A DNA stretch of 32,000 nt from Waltera acetigignens (GTDB lineage Bacteria > Bacillota > Clostridia > Lachnospirales > Lachnospiraceae): assembly GCF_025567015.1 (NCBI RefSeq), contig NZ_JAOQJO010000022.1, positions 28,425 to 60,424 of the forward strand, read 5' to 3'. Shown here in pieces: positions 18,680-26,645 of the stretch. The position numbers were made by a program, and so were the translations under genes. Numbering within the stretch: position 1 is the stretch's first letter; every line of letters starts with the position of its first letter. The notes under the pieces are model-generated. The model was given only the letters and a program-made list of their open reading frames with translations, did not search any database and was not told the DNA's origin.

Positions 18680-18727
18680 TGCAGGCATCAAAGTCGGGGG
18701 CTTTTGACCCCAACATCGTATTATCAT

Positions 18728-18785
18728 AAGAAGAAAGAGGGATAACACAGCAAAATGTTATCCCTCTTTCTTCTTAATTTTTTAT
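18728..18785. terminator. strong terminator between convergent tex and ribU
   Basis: A perfect 19-bp stem (aagaagaaagagggataac / gttatccctctttcttctt) with a 10-nt loop is followed by AATTTTTTA on the + strand. Confidence 0.85.
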
Positions 18786-18826
18786 AACCAATAACACCAA
18801 ACGATACGAAAAGTGAAAAATCTTTA

Positions 18827-19564
18827 TTATGCCTTATGACCTGTTTTGATAATAGGGCTTAAAGGCTTGTAGATGAGCAGTGTCACAACAGAGACCAGCG
18901 TTCCCTTGATGAGATTCATGGGAGCCACACATGCCACCACGAAGCTTACAATGCTGCCTTCCTTTGCCAGCGGATTGACTTCGGTACCCATTGCCAGGAT
19001 GGCATCCAGAGGCATTCCGTAGAACTTGGAGAAGGCGGGAAGCAGATATACGGCATTGAATGCGGTACCGAATATCGTCATGACCAGTGTACCGGCAATG
19101 CAGGCAAGGATGGCGTTTTTCTTAGTTTTCTTAAAGGAATACACAGCGGAGGCAGGGATGATCAGGCTGCAGCCCACTACGAAATTCGCCAGATCGCCGA
19201 TGAAAGCGGTAGAGGTACCTTTTATGCACAGCTTCAGCAGTATCTTCACGAATTCCATCATGACACCTGCTACGGGACCGAAAGCAAAGGAACCGACTAA
19301 GATCGGCAGCTCACTGAAGTCCATTTTATAGAAGCCGGGGGCAAAAAAGATGGGGAAGTCCAGCACATGCAGGATCATGGCGATGGCGGAAAACATACCG
19401 ATCATGGCAAGCTTTCTGGTGTTGAAGATCGGCTCAGAAACTCCGTTTTTCTTCTGGGCACTCTTTTCCAGCACCACAGCCACCAGGAAACACCCCACGA
19501 TGACCGCTAGGAAGATGACTACATAGGCCACATTTTCAGTTACAGTTTGCATTAATTTGTTCAT
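18827..19564 (-). CDS. ribU: ECF-transporter S component, riboflavin-specific (RibU-like)
   Basis: Six-TM protein with RibU-like segments (FYKMDFSELPILVGSFAFGPVAG). It lies directly downstream of an FMN riboswitch. RBS AGGAG is present. Confidence 0.8.
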   Translation of the reverse strand: MNKLMQTVTENVAYVVIFLAVIVGCFLVAVVLEKSAQKKNGVSEPIFNTRKLAMIGMFSAIAMILHVLDFPIFFAPGFYKMDFSELPILVGSFAFGPVAGVMMEFVKILLKLCIKGTSTAFIGDLANFVVGCSLIIPASAVYSFKKTKKNAILACIAGTLVMTIFGTAFNAVYLLPAFSKFYGMPLDAILAMGTEVNPLAKEGSIVSFVVACVAPMNLIKGTLVSVVTLLIYKPLSPIIKTGHKA

Positions 19565-19603
19565 TTCAGAACTCCTTTCCTATGAGAAAATCAAGGAAAG
19601 CCT

Positions 19604-19800
19604 TCAAAAAAAGCCCCGGAATACAAGCTTCCGGGGCATGGGTATCACAAAAAAATATAAGTGATACGTCTTCTTTCATCCAGACTGTACTGTTGGTTCC
19701 GGATTCACACCGGATCAGCCGCAGAATGCATCTGCGGGTCGCGGACTTAAGGATGACCTATTACCGCCAGTAGGGAATTGCACCCAACCCTGAAGAACTT
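19604..19800 (-). promoter_or_regulatory. FMN riboswitch (RFN element) with terminator expression platform
   Basis: The minus strand reads ttcttcagggttgggtgcaattccctactggcggtaa...agtccgcgacccgc...gatccggtgtgaatccggaaccaacagtacagtctggatgaaagaag, which matches conserved RFN segments. A hairpin then follows (gccccggaa...ttccggggc, 19613-19637) with a T-run. Confidence 0.9.
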
Positions 19801-19814
19801 TACCTTATGCATGG

Positions 19815-19843
19815 AATATAACACTTTGTGAACATATTGTCAA
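19815..19843 (-). promoter_or_regulatory. sigma-A promoter driving the FMN riboswitch-ribU transcript
   Basis: On the minus strand: TTGACA (19843-19838), 17-nt spacer, TATATT (19820-19815), about 15 nt upstream of the aptamer P1. Confidence 0.7.
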
Positions 19844-19907
19844 TATAGAAAATCTTTAGAATTTTCCCAACATTTTTTTCGGATTTCCCTGTTATAGTAG
19901 CTGTAAT

Positions 19908-19975
19908 AACTATTCAGAACCGCATGCGCAAAATCGCCCTTCCAGAGCTTTCCTTTTGCATGACTCTGAATAGTT
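19908..19975. repeat. imperfect inverted-repeat element, copy D1
   Basis: The arms aactattcagaaccgcatgcgcaaaa and ttttgcatgactctgaatagtt share 11 perfect terminal bp. The right arm is 21/22 identical to 24507-24528. Confidence 0.8.
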
Positions 19976-19996
19976 GCAAATACTTATAGAAATGTG

Positions 19997-20025
19997 TTGA
20001 CACTCAATAGATATTATTGTATTAT
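19997..20025 (+). promoter_or_regulatory. sigma-A promoter for the ABC exporter operon
   Basis: TTGACA (19997-20002), 17-nt spacer, TATTAT (20020-20025). Confidence 0.7.
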
Positions 20026-20092
20026 GCAAACAGTACAGTGACACAATGAAGAATACACAGAAAATGTATCATGAAATGGGAGTATGTGAGGA

Positions 20093-20812
20093 ATGAGTGC
20101 ATTAGTAGAGATCAAAGATGTGTGCAAGGTTTACAATCCTGGGGAAAATGAGGTGCGGGCGTTGGATCATGTGAGCCTGACCATCGACGAACAGGAATTT
20201 GTGGCCATCATCGGACATTCCGGAAGCGGTAAGTCCACGCTGATGAATATGCTGGGATGCCTGGATGTGCCCACCAGTGGAGAATATTGGCTCCATGGAC
20301 AGGATGTATCCGCATTGACAGACGATGAACTGTCGGATATCCGCAACCGGGAGATCGGCTTTATTTTCCAGGGATTCAATCTGATCCCCAATCTGACTGC
20401 GGTGGAAAATGTAGAACTGCCACTGATCTACCGGGGAGTATCCAGAAGTGTACGGCAGGAGCTTTCCAGAGAAGCACTGAAAAAGGTGGGGCTGGAACAC
20501 CGTATGGATCATAAGCCTTCGGAGATGTCGGGAGGACAACAGCAGAGAGTGGCCATTGCCCGAGCTATTGCTCAGGCACCACCGGTGATCCTGGCGGATG
20601 AACCTACCGGCAATCTGGACTCCAATTCCACAAAAGAGATCATGGATATTCTGAAAGGTTTACATAATGAGGGGAGAACAGTCATCCTGATCACCCATGA
20701 CAATGATATTGCGGCACAGGCAAAACGGGTGATCAAGATCAAGGACGGCAAAGTGGAATCCGATTCCGGACAGATCGTTCCGGTGGAGGAGCTGCAGACA
20801 GCAGGAGCGTAG
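20093..20812 (+). CDS. ABC transporter ATP-binding protein (MacB/LolD-type)
   Basis: Walker A GHSGSGKST, Q-loop, signature MSGGQQQRV, Walker B ILADEPT, H-loop ITHD. Confidence 0.92.
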   Translation: MSALVEIKDVCKVYNPGENEVRALDHVSLTIDEQEFVAIIGHSGSGKSTLMNMLGCLDVPTSGEYWLHGQDVSALTDDELSDIRNREIGFIFQGFNLIPNLTAVENVELPLIYRGVSRSVRQELSREALKKVGLEHRMDHKPSEMSGGQQQRVAIARAIAQAPPVILADEPTGNLDSNSTKEIMDILKGLHNEGRTVILITHDNDIAAQAKRVIKIKDGKVESDSGQIVPVEELQTAGA

Positions 20813-20919
20813 TGGAAAATAAATCTTTCACATGCAATGCCATGCCGCCGGTCACGGCTAACAAATTATGAAAAGATAAGAGTATGAATGAATATAGAAA
20901 GGATCATAAGTGAGGGATC

Positions 20920-22491
20920 ATGGAACAGCAGGAAAAAACAGAACAGGCACTGAGTGCTAAAAAAATCAAAGAAATGAAGAAAGCAGAAAAGAGAAAGCAA
21001 AAAGAAGCAAAAAAGGAACAGAAGGCAAAGAACCCAAGCAAAAAGCGTAAAAAAGCACCTGTTATTATTGCGGCTATCATAATTGTACTGATCGTGATAC
21101 GCATGGTAAGCTGTGCGTTTTCCGGCAATGCTGGAGTGATGGTAAGCACCACTAATGCATTTCGCGGAGACATCGAAGAAAATGTCAGCACCAGCGGAAA
21201 AGTAGCCAGTGAGGAAAAGACCGTTTTATTTGCTCCGGTCAGCGGAAGATTAAGCGAGATCAATGTGGCAGCAGGAGATGCCGTCAAGGCAGGAGATGTC
21301 CTGATGACCTACGACATGGATCAGATGGAACAGCGCCTGCAGGAGGCGTCCTTACAGCAGGATAAGAGTAATGCTTCTTATAACAGTACTATGACAGAGA
21401 ACAGCAAAAGTACAGCAAAACTGAATGAGGCCAATACCAATCTAGCAGTGTTGGATCAGCAGCTTACCGATTACAAGGCATATCTCAAGGAACTGCAGGA
21501 TAAACTGAGTACGAGCCAGAGGGAGACCCAGAGACAGTTGTCTGAGGAGAGCTACGATCTGAGCAGAAAAGCGGCAGACCTAAACAAAGAACTGCAGGAC
21601 GGTGTGACAGCAGAACGGGCCAAGGAAATCAATAAGGAATTACAGGATATCAGCAGCAGTCAGGCCAGAAATTCTTACGTGCAGTCTATTGCTAATTCCA
21701 GTGATTATGTAGTGAGTATGCAGAATGAGATCGCTACCGTGCAGGAGCATATTACGGAATGTGAAAATTACAAGGCCGAGATGCAGAGCCAGAAGGGCAG
21801 CAGTGAGGGAACGATCCTGAATGGCTATCAGTCGCAAGCCTATGCGGCAGATAAGGATCTGGCACAGCTGACCTATCAGGAGGCACAGGAACAGTACGAT
21901 GCGGCGAAAAAAGGAATTGTTGCGGACTTTGACGGTATTGTAACGGAGTGTACCGGTGTCTCCGGAGCCAGCGTAACAGAAGGAGCACAGCTGATCACAC
22001 TGGAGAGCAGCCAGAATGTGAAGGTTTCCTTTGATGCTTCCAAGTCCGATGTGGCAAAACTTGCCATCGGGCAGAAAGTAGATATTACCATCTCCGGCAA
22101 TAAATACGAAGGCGAGATCAGTAAGATCAATCGTATGGCAACACTGAACGCATCCAATACGCCCATGGTAGGGGTAGAAGTACATCTGACTAACCCGGAT
22201 GACAAGATCATTCTGGGACTGGATGCTAAGCTGACCGTACATACCAACAGTGCACAGGATACATTGTTGATCCCGGTAGAAGCGATCAATGCGGATAAAA
22301 ACGGAGATTTCCTCTATGTGATCGAGAACGGCATGGTAGTTAAGAGGGCAATTACCTGCGGAATCTCCTCCGATGAATACACAGAGGTCCTGGATGGCAT
22401 TACTGAGGAAGACCAGATCATTGTGAACAGCCTCACGGGTGTCAGCCTGGAGGAGGGCATGGCAGTAACGGCTGTGCCTATGGAACAGTAG
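20920..22491 (+). CDS. HlyD/MacA-type membrane fusion (periplasmic adaptor) protein
   Basis: Lys-rich cytoplasmic N-terminus, one TM (VIIAAIIIVLIVI), a lipoyl-like motif (VAAGDAVKAGDVLMTYD), a long coiled-coil, and C-terminal beta-barrel segments. It sits between the ATPase and the FtsX-type permease. Confidence 0.8.
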   Translation: MEQQEKTEQALSAKKIKEMKKAEKRKQKEAKKEQKAKNPSKKRKKAPVIIAAIIIVLIVIRMVSCAFSGNAGVMVSTTNAFRGDIEENVSTSGKVASEEKTVLFAPVSGRLSEINVAAGDAVKAGDVLMTYDMDQMEQRLQEASLQQDKSNASYNSTMTENSKSTAKLNEANTNLAVLDQQLTDYKAYLKELQDKLSTSQRETQRQLSEESYDLSRKAADLNKELQDGVTAERAKEINKELQDISSSQARNSYVQSIANSSDYVVSMQNEIATVQEHITECENYKAEMQSQKGSSEGTILNGYQSQAYAADKDLAQLTYQEAQEQYDAAKKGIVADFDGIVTECTGVSGASVTEGAQLITLESSQNVKVSFDASKSDVAKLAIGQKVDITISGNKYEGEISKINRMATLNASNTPMVGVEVHLTNPDDKIILGLDAKLTVHTNSAQDTLLIPVEAINADKNGDFLYVIENGMVVKRAITCGISSDEYTEVLDGITEEDQIIVNSLTGVSLEEGMAVTAVPMEQ

Positions 22492-22502
22492 GAGGCGGAT
22501 CC

Positions 22503-23717
22503 ATGACACAAGTATGGGAATACATCAAAATTGCATTGATGAATATCCGCAGTAATAAGGGACGTTCGATTCTGACCATGCTGGGCATTATCATAGGAAT
22601 CTCTTCTGTGATCATGATCATCTCCATAGGTAATGGAGTGAAAAGTGGGATCAACGGAGAACTGAATTCTATGGCGGGCGGCCAGATCGCAGTATATAGT
22701 AGTAACACCGCGGAAAACGGAACAGAGGTGGTATTCACGGAAGAGGATATGGATGCCATTTTGGAGAAAGTTCCAAATGTCAAGGCGGTAACACCGTCCT
22801 GGAGTTTCAGCGGAAGCGCCACCGGCAGAAAGGGAACCTTTGATGCTGCTGCAACTTTCGGTAAGGCGGGACTGGAATATTCGAGCCAGGATCCGATCAT
22901 CAAGGGACGTTATTTTACCGATTCGGATTATTATACGGCGAATAAGGTCTGTGTCATTACAGAGAGCAGCGCGAAAACGCTGTTTGGTAATACCAATGTG
23001 ATCGGAATGAGTTTTGATTATACGTTGTATGGAGTGACACAGGAATTTACGATCGTTGGTATCCGTAAGGACAACGCATCGAAGCTGTTCGGAATGGGAG
23101 GAAACGGTACGGTGACCATGGAGGCACCTATCTCCACAATTTCTGAGGGGTATGGATTCTATGTGGATTACACGGACCTGCTGATCGTCAGTGATGGCGC
23201 GGAAAATGCCTCTCAGGTGGCGCAGGATACGGTGCGTCTGCTAGAGAACAGGCATGGTGTCAGAGGACAGAATGTCATCTCTGTACAGAACTTTAATGAT
23301 ATTATGAGCCAGATGGATCAGATCTTAAGCTATATCACTATCTTTGTAGTGTTCGTAGCAGCCATCTCCCTGCTGGTAGGTGGTATCGGCGTTATGAACA
23401 TCATGCTGGTATCTGTGACAGAGCGTACCAGAGAGATCGGTATCCGGAAATCTCTGGGAGCCAGGACCGGATCCATCCTGTTACAGTTTCTGTCGGAATC
23501 CGCCATCATTACCCTGCTGGGCGGCCTGATCGGTATTCTGATCGGTGTGGCAGGAGCCTTCGGAATCTGCAGCCTGATTGGATTTACCGCAAAGGTGAGT
23601 GTGGGTACGGTGCTGGGAGCCAGTATGTTTTCCTCGGCTGTAGGTATTTTCTTTGGAATTTATCCGGCGAAAAAGGCAGCGAAATTAAGCCCTATCGAAG
23701 CATTACGGCATGAATAA
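22503..23717 (+). CDS. ABC transporter permease, FtsX/MacB family
   Basis: N-terminal TM (RSILTMLGIIIGISSVI), a large extracytoplasmic MacB_PCD-like domain, and a C-terminal FtsX four-helix region (ERTREIGIRKSLGA). Confidence 0.9.
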   Translation: MTQVWEYIKIALMNIRSNKGRSILTMLGIIIGISSVIMIISIGNGVKSGINGELNSMAGGQIAVYSSNTAENGTEVVFTEEDMDAILEKVPNVKAVTPSWSFSGSATGRKGTFDAAATFGKAGLEYSSQDPIIKGRYFTDSDYYTANKVCVITESSAKTLFGNTNVIGMSFDYTLYGVTQEFTIVGIRKDNASKLFGMGGNGTVTMEAPISTISEGYGFYVDYTDLLIVSDGAENASQVAQDTVRLLENRHGVRGQNVISVQNFNDIMSQMDQILSYITIFVVFVAAISLLVGGIGVMNIMLVSVTERTREIGIRKSLGARTGSILLQFLSESAIITLLGGLIGILIGVAGAFGICSLIGFTAKVSVGTVLGASMFSSAVGIFFGIYPAKKAAKLSPIEALRHE

Positions 23718-23762
23718 TATGTGATAAAAGTTAAATCATAATTAAACAAAATGTAAACTATA

Positions 23763-23815
23763 AGAACCGCAGGTCACAGATATTGGAATCCCTGCGGTTC
23801 TTTACTTGCTTTTTT
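23763..23815 (+). terminator. terminator after the ABC operon
   Basis: An 11-bp stem (agaaccgcagg / cctgcggttct) with a 17-nt loop is followed by a T-rich tract (ttacttgctttttt). Confidence 0.6.
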
Positions 23816-23834
23816 ATGGAAAAAAATTTATAAT
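23806..23834 (+). promoter_or_regulatory. putative sigma-A promoter for the YcxB-like gene
   Basis: TTGCTT (23806-23811), 17-nt spacer, TATAAT (23829-23834). This leaves a leader of about 100 nt. Confidence 0.5.
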
Positions 23835-23938
23835 GTTCTCTATAGTATGCAATCCTATGCGCAGTCGCCGGATGGTGGGGATGGGATTATAATAGCAAGT
23901 AACTATGCAGTCACATTATTATAAGGAAAGAATTCATT

Positions 23939-24415
23939 ATGGTAGAATTGGATGTGAAGATTACATCGGGGGATTTATATGACTTTTTATTGCGGCACAG
24001 CTACAACAGTGTGTCCGGACTTCTGGGAGCAGTGATTGGAGCTTTGGGCGTGATCGTGGGTATCTCGAGACAGTACTGGATCTATCTGATTCTTGGCGTG
24101 GTGATTCTGTTATATCTCCCATGGACACTCTATATCAAGAGCAAACAGCAGGCAGTAAACAATCCGGTCTTCAAGGAACCGCTGCATTATGTGTTGGATG
24201 AGAACGGCATTACCATCTCCCAGGGGGACAGCTCCACCTGTCAGAAATGGGAGGATTGCTTGAAAGCGGTATCCACCGGACGCAGCATCATTGTGTATAC
24301 GGCGAAAAATAATGCAACAATTTTTCCTAAAAGTCAGATGCAGGATAAGACAACGGATGTTATTGAAATGATTTCCACCCATATGCCGCCCACAAAAGTG
24401 AAGATCCGCAGCTAG
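23939..24415 (+). CDS. YcxB-like membrane protein
   Basis: 158 aa with two central TM helices flanked by soluble segments (DLYDFLLRH...; ...IIVYTAKNNATIFPKSQM), resembling the YcxB family. Confidence 0.6.
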   Translation: MVELDVKITSGDLYDFLLRHSYNSVSGLLGAVIGALGVIVGISRQYWIYLILGVVILLYLPWTLYIKSKQQAVNNPVFKEPLHYVLDENGITISQGDSSTCQKWEDCLKAVSTGRSIIVYTAKNNATIFPKSQMQDKTTDVIEMISTHMPPTKVKIRS

Positions 24416-24488
24416 ATGCATGGATACAGCAGAAGAATAGAGCATGTGGTTACTTCGCCATATAAAACTGCTTATCTGTCTGTATGCA

Positions 24489-24528
24489 GGTATTCGCAGA
24501 ACGCAGTTTTGCATGGCTCTGAATAGTT
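24489..24528. repeat. imperfect inverted-repeat element, copy D2 (short form of 19908-19975)
   Basis: ttttgcatggctctgaatagtt (24507-24528) matches 19954-19975 at 21/22 positions. The left arm tattcgcagaacgca resembles tattcagaaccgca in D1. Confidence 0.75.
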
Positions 24529-24543
24529 ACGAATTATATAAAA

Positions 24544-24584
24544 AGTAACAGTAACTGCATAACCGTAACATGTAACACGTAACA
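24544..24584 (+). repeat. GTAAC-containing short tandem repeats, including three contiguous heptads
   Basis: The sequence is aGTAACaGTAACt...CGTAACA TGTAACA CGTAACA, with the heptads at 24564-24584. An inverted copy GTTACG lies at 24526-24531. The array ends 18 nt before the tsaE ATG. Confidence 0.85.
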
Positions 24585-24602
24585 ATAGAAAGCGTAAGGA
24601 AA

Positions 24603-25079
24603 ATGACAACAGGCGATTCAGCAGATAACAGAGAATGCAAAAAAGAGATCATAGAGACCCACAGTGCGGAAGAGACCTTTGCACTGGGACAACGGATCGG
24701 CAGGGAAGCACTTCCCGGACAGGTCTACACGCTGATCGGTGATCTGGGAGTAGGCAAGACCGTATTTACCCAAGGTGTGGCAGATGGCCTCGGAATCACG
24801 GAGCCGGTGAACAGCCCGACCTTTACCATTGTGCAGATCTACGAGGAAGGACGTATGCCCTTTTACCATTTTGATGTCTATCGTATTGGCGATGTGGAGG
24901 AGATGGAGGAGATTGGCTATGAGGATTGTTTTTACGGGGAAGGACTTTGCCTGATCGAGTGGGCGAATCTGATCGAAGAGATCCTGCCGGAACATTACAG
25001 GCAGGTGACCATAGAAAAGGATCTGGAGAAAGGCTTTGATTACCGCCGGATCACGATTGAGGAGAGGACTACAGTATGA
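24603..25079 (+). CDS. tsaE: tRNA threonylcarbamoyladenosine (t6A) biosynthesis ATPase TsaE
   Basis: P-loop GDLGVGKT, plus SPTFTIV and HFDVYR motifs. Confidence 0.9.
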   Translation: MTTGDSADNRECKKEIIETHSAEETFALGQRIGREALPGQVYTLIGDLGVGKTVFTQGVADGLGITEPVNSPTFTIVQIYEEGRMPFYHFDVYRIGDVEEMEEIGYEDCFYGEGLCLIEWANLIEEILPEHYRQVTIEKDLEKGFDYRRITIEERTTV

Positions 25080-25834
25080 AAATATTAGCTTTGGACAGTT
25101 CCGGACTGGTGGCCAGCGCCGCCATCGTGGAGGATGACGTCCTGATCGCGGAATACACCACGGATTACAAGAAAACACATTCCCAGACATTATTACCCAT
25201 GCTGGATGAGATCCGGCAGATGATCGATCTGGATCTGCATACCATTGATGCGATTGCCATTTCCGCAGGACCTGGTTCTTTTACCGGACTTCGGATCGGG
25301 GCGGCTACGGCAAAGGGACTGGGACTGGCACTGAACCTTCCGCTGGTAGAGGTCCCGACACTGGAGGGACTGGCTTTTAACCTCTGGGGAACGGACAAGC
25401 TGGTATGTCCCATCATGGATGCCAGAAGGAATCAGGTATATACCGGAATTTATGAGTTCTGTAAAGAGGAGATCCCGGAAAAGGAAAGCTCAGAACATCA
25501 ACTTGTGATGCACAGTATCAAAGAGCAGTGCGCTATTGCCGTGGACGAGCTGGTGGAGGAATTAAACCGTCTGGGACGGGAAGTGATCTTCTTAGGAGAC
25601 GGCGTTCCGGTCTACAGGGAACAGATCTTACAGAAACTGAAGGTTCCCTGCTCCTTTGCTCCGGCTGCAAATAATCGTCAGCGTGCTGCCAGTGTGGCTT
25701 CTCTGGGAGCTGTCTACTATGCACATGGCAGAACGGTGACCGCAGCGGAGCATGAACCCGAATACCTGCGTAAGAGCCAGGCAGAGCGGGAACGAGAGGA
25801 ACAGGAGAAGGCTGCAAAAGAGGCACAGGCATGA
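25076..25834 (+). CDS. tsaB: t6A biosynthesis protein TsaB
   Basis: MKILALDSS..., GPGSFTGLRIG. ATGA overlap with tsaE. It has an acidic/Lys-rich C-terminal tail. Confidence 0.9.
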   Translation: MKILALDSSGLVASAAIVEDDVLIAEYTTDYKKTHSQTLLPMLDEIRQMIDLDLHTIDAIAISAGPGSFTGLRIGAATAKGLGLALNLPLVEVPTLEGLAFNLWGTDKLVCPIMDARRNQVYTGIYEFCKEEIPEKESSEHQLVMHSIKEQCAIAVDELVEELNRLGREVIFLGDGVPVYREQILQKLKVPCSFAPAANNRQRAASVASLGAVYYAHGRTVTAAEHEPEYLRKSQAEREREEQEKAAKEAQA

Positions 25835-26268
25835 AAATAGAAGTTCGTAAGTTACAGAATACGGATATCGAAGAACTGAGCCGGATCGAAGCTGCGTCCT
25901 TCAGCATGCCATGGTTGGCGGAAGATTTCAGAGGACTTCTGACGAGAGATTATTGCCTGTATGTCGTGGCGGAGGCAGACGGTCATATCGCGGGCTGCGC
26001 CGGGCTGACGGACAGTTTTCATGAGGGCAATATCGACAACGTGGTGACAGCACCGGAATATCGAAATCTGGGCATTGGCGGCAAAATGCTGGAAGAGTTG
26101 TTACACCTCGGCAATGAGCGCGGGATCACAGCATATACGCTGGAAGTCAGAGTGAGCAATGCACCGGCCATCCACTTGTATGAGAAATTCGGTTTTGTCT
26201 CCGAGGGGATCCGCCCGAAATTTTATGAAAAACCGACAGAGGATGCCATGATCATGTGGCGCCGTTAA
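25831..26268 (+). CDS. rimI: ribosomal-protein-alanine N-acetyltransferase
   Basis: GNAT motif A (YRNLGIGGKMLEEL). 4-nt overlap with tsaB, in the conserved tsaB-rimI position. Confidence 0.85.
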   Translation: MKIEVRKLQNTDIEELSRIEAASFSMPWLAEDFRGLLTRDYCLYVVAEADGHIAGCAGLTDSFHEGNIDNVVTAPEYRNLGIGGKMLEELLHLGNERGITAYTLEVRVSNAPAIHLYEKFGFVSEGIRPKFYEKPTEDAMIMWRR

Positions 26269-26359
26269 CAAGTATTACCATCACTTTTCCGGCGGATTAT
26301 CCATTATAATGATGCCAGGGTCAAAAGGTAACATTTACAGTCAGAAAGGTGGAAACAGG

Positions 26360-26599
26360 ATGCGAAAAGAAGAAAACGGTAAATTACAGCAGGTAATCTG
26401 TAACGGCTGCGGCAAGGAGTTGAAGATAGAAAATGAAATCGTCCGTGAAGGATGTTTCGCCGCAGATGTGAGATTTGGCTATTTCAGCAGGAAAGACGGG
26501 CTCAGACACAAGTTTGACCTGTGCGAAGACTGCTATGACAAATGGATCCATACGTTTGCCGTTCCGGTGGAAGAAATGCCGGAGACAGAGCTTTTATAG
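26360..26599 (+). CDS. small hypothetical protein with a CxxC...CxxC zinc-ribbon-like pattern
   Basis: 79 aa: CNGCGKEL ... CEDCYDKW. RBS AAGGTGG (26346-26352) lies 7 nt before the ATG at 26360. Confidence 0.6.
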   Translation: MRKEENGKLQQVICNGCGKELKIENEIVREGCFAADVRFGYFSRKDGLRHKFDLCEDCYDKWIHTFAVPVEEMPETELL

Positions 26600-26645
26600 A
26601 CAGAAAGAACAAAAAGATGCTGCTTAGGCAAGATTGCGAGGAAAG

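Noticed and set aside
18607-18729. A small ORF within repeat copy B (MCQWHMFSTDRSGAEKWECVARNN..., 40 aa) with a counterpart in copy A (MCQWHMFSTDRSKAEKWA, minus strand from 8594).
   Set aside because: Copy A has no RBS. The two ORFs differ in length because the sequence diverges right after the conserved nucleotide core. Conservation is best explained at the DNA/RNA level (palindrome, indel). This remains only a remote possibility.
21640-22509. A 289-aa ORF antisense to the adaptor gene. Similar long antisense ORFs occur at 26661-27440, 9128-9736, 9992-10624 and 24618-25190.
   Set aside because: Each lies entirely inside a strongly supported gene on the other strand. They lack RBSs and have low-complexity, Cys/His/Arg-rich translations typical of antisense frames.
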